A stretch of 63,415 nt of DNA from Parvularculaceae bacterium (GCA_041737095.1 JBGSSK010000168.1:1-63415); one strand, 5' to 3'; shown: positions 30,782 to 40,715, counted from the first letter of the stretch. Notes: generated by a model not told the origin, from the letters alone. A program made the numbers and translations.

Positions 30782-30804
30782 ACCCTGTTGAGGAAAGCCG
30801 CATC

Positions 30805-31116
30805 ATGACCGCTTTTGTTGCAACGCTGCGCGTGAAACCGGAAAAGCGGCGGGATTTCGAACGCCTGCAAACGGAGTTACGGGAACTGACCCACCAGCAT
30901 GAGCCGAATACCCCGGTCTACGAACTGATCCGGTCTCGCGACGATGATTGCGTCTATCTTTGCATCGCGACCTTCACAAACGAGGACGCCTTTCAGTTCC
31001 ACCAGGAAACGGATTTTCACGAACGGCTTGTCCCGCCGATCCTCGAATGCCTCGCGGACGAAATGGACCTGAAGTTTTTCGACATTGTCGGCCCGGCGAA
31101 GCGGCCGGGGTCTTAG
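30805..31116 (+). CDS. ABM family protein 2
   Basis: ATLRVKPEK, HEPNTPVYEL, FHQETDFH; GAGG RBS before ATG 30805. Confidence 0.78.
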   Translation: MTAFVATLRVKPEKRRDFERLQTELRELTHQHEPNTPVYELIRSRDDDCVYLCIATFTNEDAFQFHQETDFHERLVPPILECLADEMDLKFFDIVGPAKRPGS

Positions 31117-31138
31117 CCGGAACTGAAAGATAAGTGCG

Positions 31139-31729
31139 ATGCGAGACTTCGACGACGCCGAACTGCAGGACCTGATCGATCGCAAGCGCATCTACGATGT
31201 CCTGACGCGATATTGCCGTGCGCTCGACCGGTGCGATGTCGACTTGATGCGATCAGTCTACTGGGACGATGCGCGCGATGATCATGGCGTTTTCAATGGC
31301 GGCGCCCAGGAGTTTTCGGAATTCATCATCCGCGAAATTCAGGAGTGGTTCGAAGTCACCATGCACGCCATCATGAACGTGCACATGGAACTGAAAGGCG
31401 ACATCGCCTGCACTGAGAGCTACCTTTTTGCGTATCACCGTATCCGTGGCGATCGTAAAAAGGTCGCGGAGATCTTCGGTCCAAAATATCTGGCGCAGTT
31501 CGACTGGCCGAAGGTCGAAGGGACGCCGCATGTCTTCTACTATGGCGGCCGATATGTCGATCGTCTGGAAAAGCGCGGCAAGGAATGGAAGATCGCCCAT
31601 CGGCAGGTCGTAATGGACTGGAATCACAACGAACTCTCGTCAGCGATCTTCGACGAGGGCATGTTCAAAACGCTGACGCTGCGCGGCTCACGGGGGCCGG
31701 CGGATCCTGTCTTCTCCAATCTCCCTTAG
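31139..31729 (+). CDS. NTF2/SnoaL-like protein 2
   Basis: RYCRALDRCD, DDHG, TMH, GRYVDRLEKR..WKIAHR. Confidence 0.85.
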   Translation: MRDFDDAELQDLIDRKRIYDVLTRYCRALDRCDVDLMRSVYWDDARDDHGVFNGGAQEFSEFIIREIQEWFEVTMHAIMNVHMELKGDIACTESYLFAYHRIRGDRKKVAEIFGPKYLAQFDWPKVEGTPHVFYYGGRYVDRLEKRGKEWKIAHRQVVMDWNHNELSSAIFDEGMFKTLTLRGSRGPADPVFSNLP

Positions 31730-31750
31730 CGCAAACAAAGGTATCGATTG

Positions 31751-32545
31751 ATGACGGCGCTGCTTGGCAAGTCCGCGATTGTTCTTGGCGCCGCCGGCCG
31801 CGGCAATATGGGACAAGTCCTCGCGAAGGCCTTCGTTGATGAAGGCGCAAAAGTAATGCTCGCCGGACGCCACGAGGAGGAACTCGCACGTTTTGCGATC
31901 GAAATCGGCGGCGCCTACGCTATTTGCGACATCACCAAGAGCGATGATGTAGCCGCGCTCGTGAGCAGGACGGCGAGCGAATTCGGGGCGCTCGACATCG
32001 CGGTCAATGCGACCGGTTGGGGTCTTGTGAAGCGGTTCGAAAAGACCACCGAAGCTGACCTGGACAAGATCATCGCATTGCAATTCAAGGGCCCATTCTT
32101 TTTTCTGCAATCTGTCGCGGAGAAAATGAAAGACGGCGGCGGCGGCTCGATTATCCAGATTTCATCGGCGACTGCGACAATCATGCTCAATCACCATGCG
32201 GCCTATATGGGGACGAAAGCCGGCGCCGATCATGTCGTTCGATGCGTCGCTTACGAATATGGGCGTTTCGGCGTCCGCGCCAATTCGATTTCGCCGGGCT
32301 TCACACGGACCCCGATGACGGAGGACGCGGCGAAGATCCCGGGCATGGAAGACGCCTTCGCGCGGGAATACCCGCTCGGACGCGTCGGCACATCCGGCGA
32401 CATTGCTGCTGCGGCGGTTTTTCTCGCGCGCGACGATTGTTTCATGACTGGCCAGAATCTGCAGGTGAATGGCGGGCTGACCCTTCGCCGCAACCCGACC
32501 CAAGCGGAAATCAACGCCTCTATCGCGGCAGCAAGGAATATCTAG
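31751..32545 (+). CDS. SDR oxidoreductase
   Basis: GAAGRGNMG, YMGTK, ANSISPG, TGQNLQVNGG. Confidence 0.9.
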   Translation: MTALLGKSAIVLGAAGRGNMGQVLAKAFVDEGAKVMLAGRHEEELARFAIEIGGAYAICDITKSDDVAALVSRTASEFGALDIAVNATGWGLVKRFEKTTEADLDKIIALQFKGPFFFLQSVAEKMKDGGGGSIIQISSATATIMLNHHAAYMGTKAGADHVVRCVAYEYGRFGVRANSISPGFTRTPMTEDAAKIPGMEDAFAREYPLGRVGTSGDIAAAAVFLARDDCFMTGQNLQVNGGLTLRRNPTQAEINASIAAARNI

Positions 32546-33093
32546 AGACGGCGCAGCACATCGCGGCCGTCCCAATTGTCTGATTTTCGTTTTACGTAAT
32601 CATAGAATTTCGAAAGCATCGGCGACCGCTCGTAAAATTCCAGCATGGCGCCATATTTTGCGCGGGCGTCGACCATGACGAATCGAACACCCTCCTGCGT
32701 CGTCGCATCAAGCGCAACATCGAAGCGCGCCGACGACGCGCGGTCAAGCGCCTCATCAAGGCTTTCGACGAAAACCGCGATATGATGCAATCCCTCCGCA
32801 TCGGCAACATACATGTCACGAACCGCCGACGGCGCATCGTCATGCTGATGGATAAGTTCGACCATCATCAATCCGCACTGCCCATAGGCGGAGCTGTGAT
32901 CGAAAGGCATGCTGTCGCCACGATAGACACTTCGTTCGAGCGCGATGTGTTCGAGCAGGAAAAACGGCCCCGCCCCCATTTGCTTCGCCCAGCGCGCCGC
33001 GGCCATCTCGATATCCGGCGCATGAAAAGCGAACTGGACGACCCGACCGAACTCGGCGCCGGCGGCGAGGGCAAGCGTCAACCCGTCGGGCAT
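32542..33093 (-). CDS. VOC/glyoxalase family protein 2
   Basis: VQFAF, GAGPFF, VELIHQH, GLHHIAV, MLEFYE; start MPDG at 33093. Confidence 0.82.
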   Translation of the reverse strand: MPDGLTLALAAGAEFGRVVQFAFHAPDIEMAAARWAKQMGAGPFFLLEHIALERSVYRGDSMPFDHSSAYGQCGLMMVELIHQHDDAPSAVRDMYVADAEGLHHIAVFVESLDEALDRASSARFDVALDATTQEGVRFVMVDARAKYGAMLEFYERSPMLSKFYDYVKRKSDNWDGRDVLRRL

Positions 33094-33094
33094 T

Positions 33095-33634
33095 TCAGCC
33101 GGCAAGTTCGTTGGCGTCGCGGATCGGGTTCGACCCATCCCAGTTCTCAGCCGCTGCGCGAATGCGCGCGAAGTAATTGTGGATGAAGGGAAGGCTCTCA
33201 AGGACCTCGACCATGCAATTCATCGTCGCTGAGGTATCGACATAACAGAACTTCAGCGGACCGAATTCGCCGCTGCTGGCGACCGGGCAGCCGAGCTTTT
33301 CGTACCGTGCGACTTCCTTGTCGTAGTTCTCGACAATGACGGCGACATGGTGAAATCCCTCGCGTCCTTTCGGAATCAGGTCGCGATAGCAGGATGGCGA
33401 ATCGCAATGCTGCTCGATGAGTTCGATATGAAGATCGCCCGCCTGCGCGAGGCCCGCCGAAAATTCGACGGGCTGCGGACGGCCGCGGTAGAGCGGATTG
33501 CCGACCTGCGGTCGATCGAGAATATAGAACGGCCCGACGCCGAAAGTCCTGATCCAGCGTTCGGCCGCTTCGTGCACGTCGTTAACGACATAGGCGAGCT
33601 GGATGATCTTGTGGTTGACCGCAGGCTGAAGCAC
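33095..33634 (-). CDS. VOC/glyoxalase family protein 1
   Basis: IIQLAYVV, GVGPFY, IELIEQH, GFHHVAV, MVEVLE; GTG 33634 after GGAAGGAG. Confidence 0.85.
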   Translation of the reverse strand: MLQPAVNHKIIQLAYVVNDVHEAAERWIRTFGVGPFYILDRPQVGNPLYRGRPQPVEFSAGLAQAGDLHIELIEQHCDSPSCYRDLIPKGREGFHHVAVIVENYDKEVARYEKLGCPVASSGEFGPLKFCYVDTSATMNCMVEVLESLPFIHNYFARIRAAAENWDGSNPIRDANELAG

Positions 33635-33651
33635 AGGAGAACTCCTTCCCT

Positions 33652-34863
33652 TCAAAGTTTTTCCGGCGATTCCATTGCGGCTTTGAGTGCGCGGAGGAAG
33701 CGCCCGCCCAGCGCGCCATCAATCGCGCGATGATCGCAGGAGAGTGTGACCGACATGACGCTGGCGAACCCGCCCTCCTCGACCGCGACCCGCTCGGCGG
33801 CCCCGGCGGCGAGGATTGCGCCCATCGGCGGATTGACGACCGCGTCAAAACTCGTAACGCCATACATGCCGAGATTGGAAAGGCTGAATGTTCCGCCCCG
33901 ATATTCGTCCTGATCGAGTTTTCCAAGGCGAGCGCGCTCGGAAAAATCCTTCATTTCCGCTGCGATAGTCTCAATGGATTTGCCTTCCGCACGGTGAACG
34001 ACGGGCGTTACGAGGCCGCCCTCGACTGCAACCGCGACCGATATGTCGGCGTGCTCGAAGCGCCGAATTTCATCGCCTACAAAGTGCACGTTTACGTCGG
34101 GCGTTTCCATCAGCGCGCACGCGCTCGCCTTTATGAGGTAGTCATTGATCGACGGCGCGGCGCCTTTCTTGTCCTTCAGCGCGGCGCGATGCGCCGCCAG
34201 CGCGTCGATGTTGATGTTCACACGAAGGTAGAAATGCGGGATCGATTGGGTCGCCTCGACGAGGCGCTTGGCGATCGTGCGGCGCATCGCCGTCAACTTG
34301 ACCGTCGTAAACGGATTCTCGTCCGCCGCTTTCTGCGCACTCCTGTCGAGGCCTTGCGCCTTCGCCGCCTGTTCGACGTCCTGCAATGAAATGCGCCCGC
34401 CGCGGCCGCTGCCCTCGATCTTGCCGACATCAACGCCGAGCTGCTGGGCGAGATCCGCCGCCTTGGGCGAGATTGAAAGCCCGGCCGGAATTGTCGTGTC
34501 TGTAAGCGTTACCGGTTCGGCGTCGCGCTCACCAGCGGCGGCGTCGCTGTGCGCAAACCCCGCGTCCGCGCCCTTGAAGTTCGCGATGAAGGCGTCGATT
34601 TCCGCGTCGGAAACGTCTTCGTCGGCGAAAACTGCAATCAGCGCGCCGACCGGATATGCCTCCTCGGCCTTTCCGACCAGCCGGCGTAGCAGTCCATCGA
34701 ATTCGAGTTCGACGTCATTGGCGATCTTGTCCGTTTCGATGACGGCGAACATGTCGCCGGCCTTAACGCGCTGGCCTTCGTCGACGCGCCATTCGCGAAT
34801 GACGCCCTCTTCCATCTCAATGCCCCATTTGGGCATCGTGAAGGCCTGGATGCGGTTCGCCAT
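33652..34863 (-). CDS. acoC: Dihydrolipoamide acyltransferase E2 (AcoC-like)
   Basis: Lipoyl ETDKI, E3-binding GSGRGGRI, catalytic DHRAIDG. Confidence 0.88.
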   Translation of the reverse strand: MANRIQAFTMPKWGIEMEEGVIREWRVDEGQRVKAGDMFAVIETDKIANDVELEFDGLLRRLVGKAEEAYPVGALIAVFADEDVSDAEIDAFIANFKGADAGFAHSDAAAGERDAEPVTLTDTTIPAGLSISPKAADLAQQLGVDVGKIEGSGRGGRISLQDVEQAAKAQGLDRSAQKAADENPFTTVKLTAMRRTIAKRLVEATQSIPHFYLRVNINIDALAAHRAALKDKKGAAPSINDYLIKASACALMETPDVNVHFVGDEIRRFEHADISVAVAVEGGLVTPVVHRAEGKSIETIAAEMKDFSERARLGKLDQDEYRGGTFSLSNLGMYGVTSFDAVVNPPMGAILAAGAAERVAVEEGGFASVMSVTLSCDHRAIDGALGGRFLRALKAAMESPEKL

Positions 34864-34872
34864 ATCAAACGC

Positions 34873-35886
34873 CTATTTGTAGGAAACGACGCGCCGGACG
34901 GCCGCCTCGATTTCAGTGGGGCCCGGCACATAGCTTCGTTCAAGATCTTTCGAGAACGGCACCGGCGAATGCGGCGCCGTAACCTGGGCGACCGGCGCTC
35001 TCAGGGAAGAAAATCCATGCGTTGCAATGAAGCCGGCGATATCTGAGGCGAGCGAGCATCGCGGCGGACATTCATCGACAACAACGACGCGCCCGGTCTT
35101 CTCGACGCTGTCGAGGATCGTCTCCTCGTCGAGCGGGCTCGTCGTTCGCAAGTCGATCAGATCGCAGCGGATATTATCCGCCGCCAGCGCTTCCAAGGCC
35201 TTCTCGGCAAAGCTGACCATTCTTCCCATCGCAATGATCGTCGCACTGTCGCCCGACCTCAAAAGCGCGGCCTGCCCGAACGGCACCAGATACTCGCCGT
35301 CCGGAACGTCGCCCTTGCGGCCGTACATCGCCTTGTGTTCGAAAAAGACGACAGGATCGTCATCGCGGATCGCCGACGTCAAAAGGCCCTTTGCGTCCGC
35401 CGGATTCGACGGCATTGCGACTTTCAGCCCCGGGATCGACGTGATTATCTGGTACATAGTCTGGCTATGCTGCGCGGCCATGTTCATGCCGGCGCCATAC
35501 GGCACGCGAATGACGACCGGGCACTTGGCTTTGCCACCGGACATATAGCGAAACTTCGCCGCCTGATTCATCGTCTGATCGAGCGCAAGACCGAGGAAGT
35601 CCGCAAACATGATCTCGGCAATCCCGCGCTTGCCGGCGAGCGATGCGCCGACAGCGAGGCCGACAATCGCGTTCTCCGAAATCGGCGTATCGATAACGCG
35701 TTGCTCGCCGAAGCGCGGCAATAAGCCGGCAGTGACGCCGAAAATCCCGCCCGACGCTTCGCGTTCGCCCGAAGTCCCGCCCGCCCCGCCAGAAACGTCT
35801 TCGCCGCACACAAATACCGTCGGATCGCGCTCCATCTCGGCGTGAAGCGCTTCGTTGAGGGCCTCGCGGTAGGATTTTATCGCCAT
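34873..35886 (-). CDS. acoB: Acetoin dehydrogenase-type E1 beta subunit
   Basis: GEDV, DTPISE, EIMFADF, AAQHSQ, FFEHK. Confidence 0.9.
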   Translation of the reverse strand: MAIKSYREALNEALHAEMERDPTVFVCGEDVSGGAGGTSGEREASGGIFGVTAGLLPRFGEQRVIDTPISENAIVGLAVGASLAGKRGIAEIMFADFLGLALDQTMNQAAKFRYMSGGKAKCPVVIRVPYGAGMNMAAQHSQTMYQIITSIPGLKVAMPSNPADAKGLLTSAIRDDDPVVFFEHKAMYGRKGDVPDGEYLVPFGQAALLRSGDSATIIAMGRMVSFAEKALEALAADNIRCDLIDLRTTSPLDEETILDSVEKTGRVVVVDECPPRCSLASDIAGFIATHGFSSLRAPVAQVTAPHSPVPFSKDLERSYVPGPTEIEAAVRRVVSYK

Positions 35887-35901
35887 GGCGGTGCGCCCTT
35901 A

Positions 35902-36876
35902 TCAGTACGAAACGTAGACATCGGTCGTGATCTCTTCCTTCGACGGGAACGGCGCCGCGCGCGCCTCGGCGACCGCCTCATCGATCAGGGCGAGCACTTC
36001 TTCGTCAATAGCATTGAGCGCGCCGGCGTCGAGTGCGCGATTCCTTGAAACCGCGGCCCTGAAAATCTTCAAGCAATCCATCTCCTCGCGGTGTCGCTTC
36101 ACTTCATCCTTCGCGCGGTACTTTTGCGGATCGCCCTCGAAATGACCGAAGAAGCGGGTTGTCGTGAACTCCGCGACGCACGGCCCCTTGCCCGACCGCG
36201 CATGATCGAGGAGTTCAGCCATTGCGTCGTAAACGGCGAAATAGTCCGAACCGTCCGCCCTGAGCGCCTTCATGCCGAAGGCTTCGGAGCGTGCGGCGAT
36301 ATCCTTTGAACCGACAGCGTAATCGGCGCCCGTGTGTTCGGAATAGCCATTGTTTTCGACGACGAAGATCGCCGGCAACTTCAGGACGACGGCCATGTTC
36401 ATCGCCTCGAAAACGGCGCCCTGATTGACCGAACCGTCGCCGCCGAACGAGATGGCGACGCGCCCCTCGCCATCGAGCTTGGCCGAGAGCGCTGCGCCGA
36501 CCGCGATCGGCGCGCCGGCGCCGACAATGCCGTTCGCGCCAAGCATTCCCTTGTCGAAATCGGCGATATGCATCGAGCCGCCCTTGCCTTTCCCAAGGCC
36601 CGTCGCACGGCCGTAGATCTCGGCCATCATGCCCTTTATGTTGCAACCCTTGGCGATGCAGTGGCCGTGACCGCGGTGAGTGGAGACGATGTAGTCCCTC
36701 GCATCAAGATGCGCGCAAACGCCGACCGCAACCGCTTCCTGCCCGGAATAGAGGTGTGTGAAGCCGGCGATCTCGCCAGTCATGATTTCCTTGTGCAGTC
36801 GCTCCTCGAATTCGCGGATGGTTTTCATCTGCCGATAGGCGCCGAGCAGCTGATCGCGGCTTTGCTGGACAGGCAT
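35902..36876 (-). CDS. acoA: Acetoin dehydrogenase-type TPP-dependent E1 alpha subunit
   Basis: HLYSGQEA, THRGHGH, GGSMH, GDG...ENN, GHFEGD; start overlaps the Rieske stop (GTGATG). Confidence 0.9.
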   Translation of the reverse strand: MPVQQSRDQLLGAYRQMKTIREFEERLHKEIMTGEIAGFTHLYSGQEAVAVGVCAHLDARDYIVSTHRGHGHCIAKGCNIKGMMAEIYGRATGLGKGKGGSMHIADFDKGMLGANGIVGAGAPIAVGAALSAKLDGEGRVAISFGGDGSVNQGAVFEAMNMAVVLKLPAIFVVENNGYSEHTGADYAVGSKDIAARSEAFGMKALRADGSDYFAVYDAMAELLDHARSGKGPCVAEFTTTRFFGHFEGDPQKYRAKDEVKRHREEMDCLKIFRAAVSRNRALDAGALNAIDEEVLALIDEAVAEARAAPFPSKEEITTDVYVSY

Positions 36877-38216
36877 CACGAGCCTCCCTGGCTGTTCGAA
36901 ACGTGTAGATAATGATCGAGCGTCATGTGAAAATGGCGAATTCGAAGTTCCTGGTCGCCAAGCCAGAGCCCAGGATATCCGGCGCTGGTCATGCCTTTTT
37001 GCACGAATGGCAAATTGTAGGCGTCCTGATTGATTACAAGGCCAAGCGACGTTTCGCCATGCTTGTAATTGCGATGCGTCGGCCGCCGGTACTCATCCCG
37101 TTCGAATTCGGCGTCCGGCAATTGGAACATGAAGTAGTCGAAAAACATCCGGTTCGGATCCGTCGGGTGCGGTCTCTGCCGGAACATCATCATATCGTCA
37201 GCGTGCACGTTCATCGTGATGTTCGGGAAGATCATGTAATGATAGTCGTCGGTCAGCTGATCGTCATTGAGGCTTGAATAATCCTTGCCCTGGCTCGCGC
37301 CGTGCGCACGTTTGAATTTCTGTATTTCGGTCCGCGCTTCATAGATCGACCCTTCGTAGGAAGCGGGATCCATGCCGGCGTCGCGCATCATCACCTTGAT
37401 CGGCGGCGGGATCTCTGAAGGCGATACGACCCGCGGGCTCAACACGCCGAACGCGATCAGGTAGCGGTTGTGCCTCTCGTAACAGTCTATCTGGATGTCG
37501 AGGTCGTCGAGATAATAGAGAAGCTGCGGGTGAATGCCCTGGACATGGTAGCTCTCATTGAAGGCGTCGACTGAGGCTTTCCAGTTGCAATCCCATTCGA
37601 CGGTTTTCCACTCGGTCAGCACCATGCGGTCGAGATGGTAGGGATCCAGATGGTCCGGGATTATCCCGAGGTATTCCCTTAGCGGCTGGACTTCCGGATC
37701 GAGACTGAACCAGACGAATGAACCCCAGCGATCGCATGGGATCTGATTGAGACCGCCGCAGGGCGGCGCTCCTTGCGGGAATGTTTCAAGATCCGGGATA
37801 TCGACAAATCGTCCGTTTACCCCGTATTCCCAATTATGATAGCGGCAACGGAAGGATGCAGCGGCCTGCTGCGGCTGGTGCACCGGATGAACGAGACGAT
37901 TGCCGCGATGCAGGCAGACATTGTAGAACGCCCGGACCGAACCGTCTTTCTGGCGAACCAGCAAGATCGATTCCTTGCCGATTTCCGTGACGATGTGATC
38001 GCCGGCCTCAGGGATGTCGTCTTCGCGGCAGCCGAGCAACCATACCTTCGACCACATCCGCTCCCATTCGAGAGCGGCGTATTCGGGCGACGTATAGCGC
38101 TCAGCCGGGATCAATGAAGCGCCGAGCGATGGTTTCGGCGCAGGCTTGACGGGCGTTCCTTTCGTCCCCTGCGGCTTTGTCGAGCGTTTGATTTTCTGGT
38201 CGCGCCGGACTTTCAT
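36876..38216 (-). CDS. Rieske oxygenase alpha subunit 2
   Basis: CLH..CRYH; ESYH..IH; NQD. Confidence 0.92.
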   Translation of the reverse strand: MKVRRDQKIKRSTKPQGTKGTPVKPAPKPSLGASLIPAERYTSPEYAALEWERMWSKVWLLGCREDDIPEAGDHIVTEIGKESILLVRQKDGSVRAFYNVCLHRGNRLVHPVHQPQQAAASFRCRYHNWEYGVNGRFVDIPDLETFPQGAPPCGGLNQIPCDRWGSFVWFSLDPEVQPLREYLGIIPDHLDPYHLDRMVLTEWKTVEWDCNWKASVDAFNESYHVQGIHPQLLYYLDDLDIQIDCYERHNRYLIAFGVLSPRVVSPSEIPPPIKVMMRDAGMDPASYEGSIYEARTEIQKFKRAHGASQGKDYSSLNDDQLTDDYHYMIFPNITMNVHADDMMMFRQRPHPTDPNRMFFDYFMFQLPDAEFERDEYRRPTHRNYKHGETSLGLVINQDAYNLPFVQKGMTSAGYPGLWLGDQELRIRHFHMTLDHYLHVSNSQGGS

Positions 38217-38222
38217 GACGCC

Positions 38223-38987
38223 CTAGAACTGAACGCGTTTGGTGTAGCCGCCATCGACGACGAAATTGACCCCAGTCACCCAACTCGCCGCCGAACTCGA
38301 CAGGAACACGATGCACTTGGCGACCTCTTCCGGCGTTCCCAACCTGCCGAGGGCGTGCGTCTTTTCCGTTCGCTCGTAGAATTTCTCGTTAGAAATCTTG
38401 ATCATGTCCCATGCGCCGCCATCGAAGTAGATCGGTCCGGGTGAGACCGAATTGACGCGGATGCCCTTATCGCCATGCGCTTGGCTTAGTTGCTTTGCAT
38501 AAGTGATCAGTGCGGCCTTCATGGCGTTGTAGGCTTGCGGCGCCATGAATGTCTCGATGGCGGCGGTCGTTGAAATCATCGTGATTGCGCCGCCGCCGCG
38601 TTTTTCCATCAGCGGAATCACAGCCTCGACGCCGCGAACGGTTCCAAGAACGTCTATCTCGAAATTCTTCCACCAGTTCTTTTCGCTGTCCATGCCGCCG
38701 CCCGCAGAGACATTCGGAATGAACACGTCAACGCCGCCAAGCTCGTCCGCCATGGCGGCGATCCAAGCTTCGTACTCTTCCTTGTTCTTGATGTTGCATT
38801 CCCTGCCGATGATGCGGCCATCGGCGAGCAGGCTGATTTCCTTGACCGCCTTTTTGACGCTGTCGGCCGAGCGCGAGCAAATGGCGACATTGGCGCCCTC
38901 TTCTGCGAAAAGATTGGCGACGCGCCGCCCGATGCCCTGCGTCGCGCCGGTAATCAGCACGTTTTTTCCGATCAGTCCGAGATCCAT
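38223..38987 (-). CDS. SDR oxidoreductase
   Basis: TGATQGIG, YNAMK, VNSVSPG, VDGG (start 38987 or 38996). Confidence 0.9.
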   Translation of the reverse strand: MDLGLIGKNVLITGATQGIGRRVANLFAEEGANVAICSRSADSVKKAVKEISLLADGRIIGRECNIKNKEEYEAWIAAMADELGGVDVFIPNVSAGGGMDSEKNWWKNFEIDVLGTVRGVEAVIPLMEKRGGGAITMISTTAAIETFMAPQAYNAMKAALITYAKQLSQAHGDKGIRVNSVSPGPIYFDGGAWDMIKISNEKFYERTEKTHALGRLGTPEEVAKCIVFLSSSAASWVTGVNFVVDGGYTKRVQF

Positions 38988-39036
38988 CCGCTCCAAGTCC
39001 CTCGGTTAGCCGGCGGCTTTGCGCAGGCGGTCAATT

Positions 39037-39058
39037 AAAGACAATCATGATTGTTTTT
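39037..39058. promoter_or_regulatory. Putative TetR operator 6
   Basis: AAAGACAATCATGATTGTTTTT (1 mismatch) upstream of the SDR-Rieske-aco operon. Confidence 0.85.
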
Positions 39059-39080
39059 TTCTTCGCGTCAATAGTGCCCT

Positions 39081-39845
39081 TCAAGGAGCCGGCCTGACGG
39101 TCAGGCCATTGTCGATCAAAAGCTCCGCTCCGGTCACGAACCTCGATTCATCGGAAGCAAGAAAAAGCACAAGATTGGCGACGTCGCGGGGCGATCCGAG
39201 CGCGCCGGCCGGCAATACGCCCTCCGGGATCACTTGCGGCGCCTCGTCAGCGCGACCCTGCGCCTTTTGCACCATCGGCGTCTCTATCGCCCCGGCGTGG
39301 ATCGAATTGCAGCGGACCGGGTAGCCCTCCGCCTGGCAGTGCACGGCGATCGATTTGGTCATTGCTCGAACGGCACCCTTCGCCGCGGAATAAGCGAAGA
39401 AGATTGGATAGCCGACATGGGACGCTGTTGAGGACATGTTGATGATCGACGCGGACCTGCTCCGCTTCAGCAACGGCAGCGCATATTTGCAGCCGAGAAA
39501 GACGCCTTCGGACATGACGGCGTTGGCGAATCTGAATTGCTCAAGCGTGCAATCCTCGGGCGAGGACAGAATGACGACGCCAGCATTGTTGACGAGGATA
39601 TCTAGGCCGCCGTGACTCTTCTCGATCCCGGCGATGATTTCCTTCCATTCGTCTTCATTCGAAACATCGTGCCGGATAAAGGTCGCCGCCGGGCCGATCA
39701 CCGCCGCTGCCCGCTTTCCGGCTTCGGCGCTAATATCGGTCAAAATCACCCTTGCGCCCTCGGCCGCCAGCAATTTCGCGTCTTCTAGACCGAGCCCTGA
39801 CGCGGCGCCAGTGATCAGGGCGACTTTTCCGGCGACTCGTCCCAT
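39081..39845 (-). CDS. SDR (hydroxysteroid/cyclic alcohol dehydrogenase-like)
   Basis: GRVAGKVALITGAASGLG, NNAG, YSAAK, RCNSIH. Confidence 0.92.
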   Translation of the reverse strand: MGRVAGKVALITGAASGLGLEDAKLLAAEGARVILTDISAEAGKRAAAVIGPAATFIRHDVSNEDEWKEIIAGIEKSHGGLDILVNNAGVVILSSPEDCTLEQFRFANAVMSEGVFLGCKYALPLLKRSRSASIINMSSTASHVGYPIFFAYSAAKGAVRAMTKSIAVHCQAEGYPVRCNSIHAGAIETPMVQKAQGRADEAPQVIPEGVLPAGALGSPRDVANLVLFLASDESRFVTGAELLIDNGLTVRPAP

Positions 39846-39882
39846 GTCTGACTGTTCCTTTGCATCATTATTAGCGGTGAAC

Positions 39883-39899
39883 TTGTGCGCTGCAACAAA
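39883..39899. promoter_or_regulatory. PhaR-like motif copy 3
   Basis: TTGTGCGCTGCAACAAA in the SDR/TetR divergent region. Confidence 0.6.
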
Positions 39900-39930
39900 A
39901 AGGTCTGTGCTTCTTAATACGGATAGCGTA

Positions 39931-39956
39931 AAATACAGTCAGACGTGAATGTTTTT
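39931..39956. promoter_or_regulatory. Putative TetR operator 7 (4-bp spacer, autoregulatory position)
   Basis: AAATACAGTCA-GACG-TGAATGTTTTT, 25 bp before the TetR ATG. Confidence 0.72.
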
Positions 39957-39981
39957 TTCAGCCCGATGATCGGACCCGGCG

Positions 39982-40713
39982 ATGTACGATAATGAATCCG
40001 CGATCAGCGCAAGGCGTCGCCTGCACAAAGCCGCCAACGCGAAGCCGCCGGCCGAGATCGGCCGGCAGGCGCAGAAAAGCGCCTCGACTCGCAAGCTGAT
40101 TGTCGAGGCGGCGCTGCAATGCCTCATCAAATACGGCTATTCACAGACGACGACGCCGCGCATCGCCGACGAAGCCGGCATTTCGCGCGGCGCAATGATG
40201 CACCATTTTTCAAATCGCCTGACGGTCATTCAGGCGGCGATCGAGCATTTGCACTCAAAACGCCTGCGCGCATTCCGGCGCGCGGTGTCTTCCCTGCCTG
40301 AGAACCAGCCCCATCTCCATGATGCGCTGGAAGCCTATTGGCGCCATGTGACGCATCCGCTTTTTGTCGCCTTTCACGAACTCTCGGTTGCGGCGCGCAC
40401 GGATCGCGATCTCGAAAAGATCCTGAAGCCCGCAAAGGAAGCGTTCTATCGGGAGTGGTACAGGCTCGCGGTCGACCTGTTTCCCGAATGGCAGAGCGAC
40501 CCGAAGAGCTTCGACCTTGCGCTCAACCTTGTTCAGGCGACGCTTGAGGGCATGGCGCTCAGTCGCCTGTCGGCCAATGTAAATCTTGAGGCCGAGAAAG
40601 CATTGTTCGGATATCTCGAAGAGTGCCTGCGTAATCTGATGCCGATGGAAATGAAGAACTCGAAACGATACTCGCTGGAAGGTCGGTCGCCGAAAAATCC
40701 GCTCAAAGCATAG
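39982..40713 (+). CDS. TetR/AcrR family transcriptional regulator
   Basis: GYSQTTTPRIADEAGISRGAMMHHF HTH. Confidence 0.93.
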   Translation: MYDNESAISARRRLHKAANAKPPAEIGRQAQKSASTRKLIVEAALQCLIKYGYSQTTTPRIADEAGISRGAMMHHFSNRLTVIQAAIEHLHSKRLRAFRRAVSSLPENQPHLHDALEAYWRHVTHPLFVAFHELSVAARTDRDLEKILKPAKEAFYREWYRLAVDLFPEWQSDPKSFDLALNLVQATLEGMALSRLSANVNLEAEKALFGYLEECLRNLMPMEMKNSKRYSLEGRSPKNPLKA

Positions 40714-40715
40714 CG

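Noticed and set aside
31735-31746. AACAAAGGTATC shared with 8435-8446
   Set aside because: Lacks the TGC-N3-GCA core and sits in a short intra-operon gap at the RBS; probably chance
33652-36876. Housekeeping pyruvate dehydrogenase
   Set aside because: THRGHGH and GHFEGD motifs and the context fit the acetoin-dehydrogenase type; no E3 gene
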